This document shows positions 1-7,887 of a DNA stretch of 50,861 bases, one piece after another. This DNA comes from Acetivibrionales bacterium (GTDB lineage Bacteria > Bacillota > Clostridia > Acetivibrionales > RGIG10202), in NCBI GenBank assembly GCA_045118635.1, contig JBGUYI010000079.1, forward strand, positions 1 through 50,861, given 5' to 3'. Under the pieces are notes generated by a model. The model was not told the DNA's origin and searched no databases. It saw nothing but the letters and a program-made list of their open reading frames with translations. How positions within the stretch are numbered: position 1 is the first letter of the stretch; every line of letters begins with the position of its first letter. Position numbers and translations under genes: made by a program.

Positions 1-75
1 CTCTCGTCTTCATTGTAAATATGTACCCACCGCCTACGCTTTTTCAAGCTTAGAGGCGGGGGACATCTCTGTACT
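1..75 (-). repeat. E-element copy D, an unclassified GC-enriched intergenic repeat truncated by the window edge. It carries the hairpin CCGCCT...AGGCGG at 30-59.
   Basis: An ungapped hand alignment of 11-39 against 44690-44718 gives 21/29 identities, including atgtacc and gccta, followed by a shared aagcttag. The block ggacatctct (61-70) recurs at 7813-7822 (ggatatctct) and inverted at 4669-4678. Confidence 0.5.
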
Positions 76-79
76 TACG

Positions 80-1864
80 TTATATCAGAGGCAACCCCCT
101 ACTATTATATTTGTTTTCAGGAGTTTTTGTTATTGGCTCTTGAAAAATATCATTACTATATTTCGATATTTTTTCTGTTGAAACTTTATCGTTTTCATGT
201 GTACTCAAACTCTTTTTTATAATGCTTAATTCATATTCATTTTGCAACTTATCGCACAAGTCTTTAAAATCATTTTGTTTGGCACATATCATAAATTTCG
301 AAACATCTACATAATAATTTTCCAATAAATGATTGGATAAATCCAAATCATGTTTTTCACAAGCATATTCTATTGCAGTATCTATAAAATCCCTATCTTG
401 TAGTAAAAATGCCATTATTTTAGTAGCTCCTTTTTTATAAGCAGTTTCAAATAAACTTCTCCTACCTTTATTACAAAAATCCTTATTTCTTATAATATAA
501 TCAAACAAATATATATTATCTTTACGACAAGCATAATCTAATATAACATTAGAATGGTCGTGAACAAAATATTTTATAATATCTTCTTTAAAATTCCAAG
601 TAGTGGCATAATCTAATATATTATCTGTATTTTTCATATGTTCTAATAAATATAGAGATATATGTTTCTTGGATTTTAAAAAGTCATCTTTGCCATATTC
701 ATAAGCATATCTAAATGCTGATTTAAGTTCATTATCTAATATATCAACATTAGCTCCTTTTTCTACTAAATTTTTTACAAAATATATGTTTTTTAAAGAA
801 GCATATATTAGGGCAGTTTTTCCTTCGTTATCTTGTATATCTATACCTTTCTTGATAGATACTTTCTCTAGGACTGTTTCTAAAATTTCACATGAACACT
901 CGCATATACAAGTATACATTAGCGCAGTTTTTCCTTCGTTATCTTGTATATCTACATTATCTAAAGAATTAACTAAAGTTTCTACAACATCTACATCTTT
1001 ATTAAAGATTGCGTACATTAAGGCAGTTTTACCTTCGCTATCTTGTAAATTTATACTTTTAATAGACATTTTTTTTAATATTGATTTTAATATTTCACAT
1101 GAGCATTCGCAAATACAAGCATGCATCAAAGCAGTTTTTCCTTCGTTATCCTGTATGTTTACGTCATCTAAAGAATTAACTAAAGTTTCTACAACGGCTA
1201 TATCTTTGTGAAAGACAGCATACATCAAAGGAGTATATCCATGAATATCCTTTTTATTTGCATATCCATTTTCTATTAAATAATTTACAATATCATGACG
1301 TCCTAAACTTACTGCATTACTCATCGTTTTATATATATTAGAGCCTTTTTCTATCAAATTATTAATTATATTTTTAGAATGGTGCTTACAAGCATACATC
1401 AACGGTGTATATCCATCAGTGTCATTTCCGTTTATATGTACATAATCATTATTTATAAGATAATTTACTATATGCTCATTATCTTTTTTAATAGCATGAG
1501 CCATTGCAATATTTACATTAGCACCTTTTTCTATTAAATAATCTGCAATGTACTTAACATTATACTGACAAGCATACATTAATAATGTATATCCATAATC
1601 ATTTAACTCATTTATATCCTTTACATAGTTTAATAAGAATTCTAATGATTTTATATCCCTTTTGTATACAAATAAACCATACGTGTCACTTATCTTTAAT
1701 ATACTTTTTTCAACTAAGTAGTCGGCTACTTCTTTTTTTTTAAACTTACATGCATGAAATAATGCATTAATAAAATCTTGATAATTTTTCATGTTTTCTT
1801 TTAATTCAATTATATTTCCTCTTCTAACTAATCTAGCTAAATTGTCAATTTTCATACGTTTCAT
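80..1864 (-). CDS. Ankyrin-repeat protein (594 aa) with no signal peptide
   Basis: The ORF has many TPLMYA/GKTALMYA plus LIEKGANVN ankyrin consensus units. The start is either ATG 1864 or ATG 1855, downstream of AAGGA. It contains an internal 207-bp in-frame duplication. Confidence 0.9.
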   Translation of the reverse strand: MKRMKIDNLARLVRRGNIIELKENMKNYQDFINALFHACKFKKKEVADYLVEKSILKISDTYGLFVYKRDIKSLEFLLNYVKDINELNDYGYTLLMYACQYNVKYIADYLIEKGANVNIAMAHAIKKDNEHIVNYLINNDYVHINGNDTDGYTPLMYACKHHSKNIINNLIEKGSNIYKTMSNAVSLGRHDIVNYLIENGYANKKDIHGYTPLMYAVFHKDIAVVETLVNSLDDVNIQDNEGKTALMHACICECSCEILKSILKKMSIKSINLQDSEGKTALMYAIFNKDVDVVETLVNSLDNVDIQDNEGKTALMYTCICECSCEILETVLEKVSIKKGIDIQDNEGKTALIYASLKNIYFVKNLVEKGANVDILDNELKSAFRYAYEYGKDDFLKSKKHISLYLLEHMKNTDNILDYATTWNFKEDIIKYFVHDHSNVILDYACRKDNIYLFDYIIRNKDFCNKGRRSLFETAYKKGATKIMAFLLQDRDFIDTAIEYACEKHDLDLSNHLLENYYVDVSKFMICAKQNDFKDLCDKLQNEYELSIIKKSLSTHENDKVSTEKISKYSNDIFQEPITKTPENKYNSRGLPLI

Positions 1865-1932
1865 TTTCCTTAATACTGTCCTTTCAAAAAAATATTACAT
1901 ACATCGCATGGAAACCAAGCAATGCATGTAAC

Positions 1933-1962
1933 ATTTTACCATATATGTTTTTATATAGTCAA
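1933..1962 (-). promoter_or_regulatory. Sigma-70-like promoter of the first ankyrin gene
   Basis: On the minus strand it reads TTGACT, an 18-nt spacer, then TGgTAAAAT. Its architecture is paralogous to the promoters at 4576-4604 and 7590-7618. Confidence 0.6.
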
Positions 1963-1981
1963 TACTAAAAAATAATTAATA

Positions 1982-4528
1982 TTAGAATTTTAGTTCATTA
2001 CATTGTAACTTTTTTTTTCGAAAAAAAATATTCGCCATTTCTATATTAGTTTTTGTCACTATCCCTACTTTTTCCTTATCCAATAAATCTGTTGCTTCTT
2101 TATTTATAAGTTTTTTATCTGCAATCTCTTTATTTCGAATTGCAATAATAACCTTAATAACATCATCTTCTAATAACAGTTTAATAAATTCTCTGCGTTC
2201 TTTTTTTTCAAGATTAGTATATAATACATCTATTCTAGCTCCGTTAGCTATTAATAATTTAGCTAATTCTATATCATTTTTTTCATCTGTAAAAACAGAT
2301 TGCTGACCATATCTATCCACAATTAATTCTAGCGGAGTTTGTCCTTTGAAATTTTTAATATTAACGTCTGCACCCTTATCTATTAAATATTTGGCTATCT
2401 CTTTATTATATACAATTGATTCTAATAACGGAAATTTATCATAAACACTTTTATTAACATCTGCACCCTTATCTATTAAATATTTGGCTATTTCATTATT
2501 GTATATTATTGCTTCTAAAAGAGGTGTTTTGTCATAAACCACCATATTAACATCTGCACCCTTATCTATTAAATATTTGGCTATTTCTGTATCGTAAGGT
2601 ATTGCTGTTAAAAGTGGTGAACTATTTCCGTAAATAGCATTAATATCTGCACCATTATCTATTAAATATTTGGCTATTTTTTTGTAGTGCTTTAATATAC
2701 AATCTGAATTATATTTATTATTTTTTATGTGATTTAATGTTATTAATAATGGTGTTTTACCACCTATGTCTACATTTACATGTGCATTATTTTGAACAAA
2801 CAGTTTTATTAACTTGAAATTTCCTTTTTCACAAGCAACAATAAGAGGTGTATTACCCATGGAATCTTTCTTATGTACTAATAGTTGCAATAATCTTTTA
2901 TCATTTTTTTTACATGCAATTGTTAATACATTTCTTCCAAATACATCTTTTTTATTAACATCTGCACCGTTATTTATTAGAAATATAGCAATATCAATTT
3001 CATTTTTAATACAAGCAATTATTAAAGGTGTTTCTTCATTTTCATTTTCTAAATCTAAATCTGCATTTTTTTGTATGAAAAATTTTACCAATTCCATATT
3101 TCCATCTCGACTAACTACGAATAATGGTGTATTACCACAAATATCTCTTTTATTTATATCTGCATTATTTTCTACTAAAAATTTCAGCACATGGTATTTT
3201 TTTGCATTCAATGCTTTCCACAGTGCGTTTTCTTCAAAAATATTTGTATAATTTACATTAGCTTTATTATATTCGTTTAATATTAAAAGTTTTACTAATT
3301 CCATGTTTCCATCTCGACTAGCTACCATTAAAGGTGTTTCTCCTCCATATTCTTTATCAACGTTTGCTTTGTTTTTTAGCAAAGTTTCTATAAAATCATA
3401 GTTCTTGTTACCTATAGCCCACCACAATGGACTTTTAATATTTTGTTTATCAACATCTACTTTATTTTTATCATTTTCAAATAATATGTTAAATAGTTCT
3501 TTATCATTTTTTTTAATTGCATATATTAATGGAGTATCCTTTACCCCATTTTTATAATTAATATCTATCCCATTATCAATTAAATATCTTATCATATCTG
3601 TGTTTCCATTATTTATGGCTAACCATAGTGCAGATTCATTATATAAATTTGTTTTGTTTATATCTATGTTATTATTTTTACTAGATATTAGACTTTTTAA
3701 TAAGTTCATATTATTTTCTTTTACCGCAAAAGTTAATGGAGTTTCTCCCCAGCAGTATCTATTAACATCTACATTATTTTCTAATAATAAATCTATTAAT
3801 GTGATTTTGTTTTCAATTTTAGAATTCAAAATTGTCCATAAATAATTGTCTGAATAATTTACAACAAAGTTATTTTGAAGTAATAATTTTGCAAAATCAT
3901 AATTGTTTTTTTTACATGCAAAGGTTAAAAGTGTAGTCTTTCCACATTTTAAATTGATATCGGCTTTTTCATCAAATAATAATTTGGCTAAATTATTATT
4001 TTTATATTTACAAGCTAACCACAACGGTGTTTCACCATCTTTGTTTTTACAATTTACGTCAACTTTTTGGTTAATTAATAATTTTACTATGTCTAAATTA
4101 CCTTTTTCACAAGCAAGAATTAATGGAATTTTACCTAATGAATTTTTTAAGTTGACATCTGCTTTATTATTTTTATCTTCTAGTAAAATTTTAACTAACT
4201 CTACATCATTTTTTGAAATGGCAAATGTTAATGGAGTATGTCCTCCGTATCCAATGTTTAAATCAACTTTTTGTTTTACAAAAAATTTAACCAAATCATC
4301 ATTTTTGTTTTTATTTCTAGAATTCAAAGTTGCCCATAAAGGTGTCTCTCCTCTTTTATTTTTTGCTTTTATACTAACTCCTAAAAAACTTAATAATTTC
4401 ACAAATCTTAATTTAAACTTTTTACATGCTCTTGTTAATATAGTTTCTCCGGCTTTATCACTACGCAAAAATATTCCTCTAACCTTTTTCTTTACCAAGT
4501 TTAATAATTTTTTGGAATAAAATACCAT
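1982..4528 (-). CDS. Ankyrin-repeat protein (about 848 aa)
   Basis: Ankyrin consensus is present throughout (GETPLW, DVNxKN, LVKLLI). AGGAGA lies 7 nt upstream of ATG 4528. The ORF-track start at 4558 sits only about 11 nt from the predicted TSS and has no RBS. Confidence 0.9.
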   Translation of the reverse strand: MVFYSKKLLNLVKKKVRGIFLRSDKAGETILTRACKKFKLRFVKLLSFLGVSIKAKNKRGETPLWATLNSRNKNKNDDLVKFFVKQKVDLNIGYGGHTPLTFAISKNDVELVKILLEDKNNKADVNLKNSLGKIPLILACEKGNLDIVKLLINQKVDVNCKNKDGETPLWLACKYKNNNLAKLLFDEKADINLKCGKTTLLTFACKKNNYDFAKLLLQNNFVVNYSDNYLWTILNSKIENKITLIDLLLENNVDVNRYCWGETPLTFAVKENNMNLLKSLISSKNNNIDINKTNLYNESALWLAINNGNTDMIRYLIDNGIDINYKNGVKDTPLIYAIKKNDKELFNILFENDKNKVDVDKQNIKSPLWWAIGNKNYDFIETLLKNKANVDKEYGGETPLMVASRDGNMELVKLLILNEYNKANVNYTNIFEENALWKALNAKKYHVLKFLVENNADINKRDICGNTPLFVVSRDGNMELVKFFIQKNADLDLENENEETPLIIACIKNEIDIAIFLINNGADVNKKDVFGRNVLTIACKKNDKRLLQLLVHKKDSMGNTPLIVACEKGNFKLIKLFVQNNAHVNVDIGGKTPLLITLNHIKNNKYNSDCILKHYKKIAKYLIDNGADINAIYGNSSPLLTAIPYDTEIAKYLIDKGADVNMVVYDKTPLLEAIIYNNEIAKYLIDKGADVNKSVYDKFPLLESIVYNKEIAKYLIDKGADVNIKNFKGQTPLELIVDRYGQQSVFTDEKNDIELAKLLIANGARIDVLYTNLEKKERREFIKLLLEDDVIKVIIAIRNKEIADKKLINKEATDLLDKEKVGIVTKTNIEMANIFFRKKKLQCNELKF

Positions 4529-4575
4529 AGCAATCTCTCCTTGTATTATATAATACAAAACATGTTTCTACCACT

Positions 4576-4604
4576 ATTTTACATTTTTTCTGTTATATAG
4601 TCAA
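4576..4604 (-). promoter_or_regulatory. Sigma-70-like promoter of the second ankyrin gene
   Basis: The minus strand reads TTGACT, a 17-nt spacer, then TAAAAT. Confidence 0.6.
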
Positions 4605-4655
4605 GCAACATTTTTTTGGGAGTTTTGTCAAGCCCCGCTTGCGAGTATTGACTTT

Positions 4656-4805
4656 AGTCCTTAGCCCAAGAGATGTCCTTCACTACAAAGTTTATCTTAA
4701 AATTGGCGAGAATACAAATCTAATTCAGTGTGAGATCAAGTGAGCTATACCACCAAAAAAGTGGTACAATCTTCACAAAAATCAATTTGGTTGAAATCAC
4801 ACTCC
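4656..4805 (+). repeat. E-element copy C, the most diverged copy, inverted relative to copies A, B and D
   Basis: The plus strand here aligns to the minus strand of 7668-7828. Matching pairs are agtccttag..agagatgtcc with agtcctagagatatcc, gtttatcttaaaattgg with gtttatagcataagtgg, and aattcagtgtgagatcaagtgagc with aatttagtgggagttcaagctcc. A GC hairpin at 4627-4652 precedes it. Confidence 0.45.
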
Positions 4806-4827
4806 TTTAAAAGGGTAGAGAAATTGT

Positions 4828-7467
4828 CTAACTACGAGTAATTCCGTTCTTACTAAGATTAATTATATTAACAACATTATTAAAATAAAGTTCATTAGCT
4901 ATCTCTTTAAATATTTCTATGTTATTTATTATTTGTTTATTTAGACTTAATTCTTCATTTCTATTTTCTACATTTATAAAAGGATTTTTCTTTACTGAAT
5001 CCATACTCTTTTTTATTTCAGTATTTGCTTTTTTTAATTCTTCAATTTCTTTGCTCTTACTCAATGATCGCATAAATTTATTTAATCTATCAAATTTAGG
5101 CAATTTTGTTATTACCCTATAAATATACTCTTCTATTTTTTCGCCTTTTGCCATATTAACATTAACATAAGAAAAATACTTGCTTAATTGCTCTCTTAGT
5201 CCATTTAAATTTTTTTTATATACAGCAATTCTTGCTTTTACTCTAAAACTTGAATATCTTGCTAATAAGTCAAGATACTCATTTCTTCTTTCTTCTTCTA
5301 TAACTGACAAAACATTAAGATTTGCAAAATACAACACAAGCAATATACCAATTGGTATATTATTTTTTTCACAAGCTATGGTAAGTGCTGTATTGCCATC
5401 TGAATCTTCAATATCACTATCAGCTTTATATTTTAATAACAATTCTACACTTTCTTCATTTTCTTTAGAAGATGCTATAATCAGTGGTGTTTTACCATCA
5501 TTATTTTTTGTATTTATATCTATATTTTGTTCTAGTAAAATAGGCATTACATCAACTGATTCATATATACATGCAATATGAATCACATTATTAGCATGTT
5601 CGTCTAATATACTAATATCTGCGCCCCTTTTTATAAGTAAATTGGTGGACTCCTCTAAATTGTTGCAACAAGTCTTATGCAATGCTGTATTACCATTCCG
5701 ATTTCTTTTGTTTATATCAGCACCATTATCTAATAATATATTAATTGTCCTAATTGTTCCACTTTGTTCACAAGCTATATGCAATGCTGTATTACCTCTT
5801 AAATCTTCTTTATTTACATCAGCACCATTTTTTAATAAAATCTCTACTAAATATGAAAAGCCACTATTACTTGCAATCATCAATGCTGTAGCACCTTGAA
5901 AATCTGATGCGTTTACCAATTCTCTTAATCCTTCTTCATTATTTTTATCCACATATTTTGATAACAACCAATTTACCAAATTACTCGCCATATCAAACTC
6001 ACAAAGTTGCATTAAAAATGTTTTTCCATTTGTGTTATTCACTTTACTTAAATCATTTATATCTGCAAAATTTTCAAATAAAATTTTTGCCACATTTGAA
6101 TTTCCAGCAAGACAAGCATACATTAGTGCTGTTTTACCTTCACTGTCGCAAAGTTCCACTTTAGCTCCATATTTTATCAAATCCTGAACTATTGTAGTAT
6201 TTCCACTATCACAAGCCCACATTAGTGCTGTTTGTTTTGATTCATTTCTTGAATTTACAGTTGATTCATTTTTCAAAAGTATTCTTACTATATCTATATT
6301 ATTTTCCATACAAGCTCGAATTAGAGCTGTGTCCCCTTCTTCATCAGCCATGTCAATATCTGCATTGTACTTTATTAACAACTCCACCATTGCCTTATCT
6401 GCTTTATCACATGCAAACATCAACGAGGTATTATTATTCATATCTGTTGCATTTACGTCTGCTCCATTATTTAATAATAACTTCACTATTTTTTTTACTC
6501 CACCAGAAGTTGCGCATATTAGTGGAACCCAACCATTTATATTCCGAATATTTGGATTGGCACCTTTTAGTAATAATAACTGTACAATATGAGTGTAGCC
6601 TCCCATGCATGCTACTAATAATGGGGTGTTTCGATGATTATTTGTTACATTTACGTCTGCATGTTCTTTTAATAGTATTTTTACTATATTTGTATACCCC
6701 CCCATACATGCTACTAACAACGGAGTATCACCAACAATTGATGTTTGACTAATTATATTATTATCCCTATTTCTATGATTTTCTAAAGATAATTCTACAA
6801 CTCTTGGAACTCTTCCCGCATACGCTACTGGTAAAAATATGTCTTCTTCAGAATATGACTCATTTACATTAGCACCCATTTTGATTAATTGTTTTACAAT
6901 TTTTAAATATCCATTTCCACAAGCCCATGTCAAAACTTTTATATTTTCCAAATTTATATTGGGTACTCTTCTTAACAAAAAATAAACTATTTTTTTATAA
7001 TTATTAAAACACGCTAACATTATAGGTGATTCATTATTATTATTTCTTATATTTGCATTGGCGTTATTATCAATTAATATTCTTACTATATCCTTGAACC
7101 CTCGTTCACATGCAAATAATAATGCTGTATTCCCATCTTTGTCCATAACATCCACATTAGCATTATTATTAACTAATATTTCTGTTATATTTTTTAATCC
7201 TTTTTTACAAGCATACAACAACGCTGTATGTCCATTATTATCTTTACTATTTACATTAGCTCCGTTATCTATTAAAAGTTCAACTACATTACTATGACCT
7301 TTTATTGATGCCCATATTAATCCATCATTTATTATGTCTAAACTAAGTCCTTTAATTAATAATGTTTCCACTAAATGTATATCTCCTCTTTTACAAGCTA
7401 AAACAAATCTAGTAGTATCAATTTCGTCTAATATTCCTACATTGAATAGCTCTCTTCCTACTGCCAT
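4828..7467 (-). CDS. Ankyrin-repeat protein (879 aa) with a non-ankyrin, coiled-coil-like C-terminal tail of about 170 aa
   Basis: The ORF has more than 15 ankyrin units (GNTALH, LLxNGADVN). GGAGGAG lies 6 nt upstream of ATG 7467. Confidence 0.9.
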   Translation of the reverse strand: MAVGRELFNVGILDEIDTTRFVLACKRGDIHLVETLLIKGLSLDIINDGLIWASIKGHSNVVELLIDNGANVNSKDNNGHTALLYACKKGLKNITEILVNNNANVDVMDKDGNTALLFACERGFKDIVRILIDNNANANIRNNNNESPIMLACFNNYKKIVYFLLRRVPNINLENIKVLTWACGNGYLKIVKQLIKMGANVNESYSEEDIFLPVAYAGRVPRVVELSLENHRNRDNNIISQTSIVGDTPLLVACMGGYTNIVKILLKEHADVNVTNNHRNTPLLVACMGGYTHIVQLLLLKGANPNIRNINGWVPLICATSGGVKKIVKLLLNNGADVNATDMNNNTSLMFACDKADKAMVELLIKYNADIDMADEEGDTALIRACMENNIDIVRILLKNESTVNSRNESKQTALMWACDSGNTTIVQDLIKYGAKVELCDSEGKTALMYACLAGNSNVAKILFENFADINDLSKVNNTNGKTFLMQLCEFDMASNLVNWLLSKYVDKNNEEGLRELVNASDFQGATALMIASNSGFSYLVEILLKNGADVNKEDLRGNTALHIACEQSGTIRTINILLDNGADINKRNRNGNTALHKTCCNNLEESTNLLIKRGADISILDEHANNVIHIACIYESVDVMPILLEQNIDINTKNNDGKTPLIIASSKENEESVELLLKYKADSDIEDSDGNTALTIACEKNNIPIGILLVLYFANLNVLSVIEEERRNEYLDLLARYSSFRVKARIAVYKKNLNGLREQLSKYFSYVNVNMAKGEKIEEYIYRVITKLPKFDRLNKFMRSLSKSKEIEELKKANTEIKKSMDSVKKNPFINVENRNEELSLNKQIINNIEIFKEIANELYFNNVVNIINLSKNGITRS

Positions 7468-7589
7468 TTAAATCTCCTCCATTTTATTTTTGTTATCTCG
7501 CTTTAAGACTTAAGTTTACTTCTACTATTTGGAAGTTCTTATTCTTGCAGGCATTCCCATAATGTTAATAATTTAAGAAACATTTTCCT

Positions 7590-7618
7590 TGCCATACTAC
7601 TTATACCATATATATTCA
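7590..7618 (-). promoter_or_regulatory. Sigma-70-like promoter of the third ankyrin gene
   Basis: The minus strand reads TTGATT, a 17-nt spacer, then TGgTATAAG. Confidence 0.55.
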
Positions 7619-7667
7619 TAAAAATCAACTTAATTTAATGTTAATCCAGATTTTCGAGATCAATCTT

Positions 7668-7828
7668 GTGGCGCCATGTGCGTGCTACGTAATCTAGCAC
7701 AAAATACATATGCACATCTGTGTGAATCAAATCTCGAGTGTTATGATTTAGTTGGAGCTTGAACTCCCACTAAATTGGATCTGTCCACTTATGCTATAAA
7801 CACTGAAATAGGGGATATCTCTAGGACT
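7668..7828 (-). repeat. E-element copy A
   Basis: It shares blocks with copy B at identical spacing. These are cacaaaatacata (7698-7710 and 44615-44627, 13/13), ggagctYgaact (7754-7765 and 44671-44682, 11/12) and cactaaatt (7768-7776 and 44685-44693, 9/9). The distance from block 1 to block 2 is 56 nt in both copies. There is a local hairpin at 7746-7775. Confidence 0.55.
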
Positions 7829-7835
7829 GAATTAT

Positions 7836-7868
7836 AAAAAAACTACCCTTTTAGTAAGAGTAGTTTTT
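7836..7868 (-). terminator. Intrinsic terminator of glgX
   Basis: The hairpin aaaaactac/gtagttttt has an inner ctt/aag pairing. On the minus strand it is followed by a T-run. Confidence 0.75.
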
Positions 7869-7887
7869 AGAAAAGTTTATATTTATA

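Noticed and set aside
2367-2680. Regularly spaced 93-bp repeats, and 90-bp repeats at 31662-31826, as possible CRISPR or tandem non-coding arrays.
   Set aside because: The periods are multiples of three, and the repeats lie inside long ORFs and encode ankyrin units. There is no repeat-spacer architecture.
786-7297. Numerous plus-strand ORFs of 60-205 aa inside the three ankyrin genes, such as 786-1211, 2814-3251, 3903-4520, 5180-5581 and 6225-6752.
   Set aside because: They are antisense shadows of long, repetitive, AT-rich coding sequence. They have no RBS, their composition is low-complexity and rich in F/L/S/I, and they repeat with the same period as the sense-strand ankyrin units.
7746-7775. 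GGAGTTCAAGCTCC in E-element copy A, and AGTTCGAGCTCC in copy B, resemble a tRNA or tmRNA T-arm.
   Set aside because: Neither strand yields a 5-bp T-stem with a 7-nt loop, an acceptor stem or a D-arm. The hairpin is not maintained in copies B or C.
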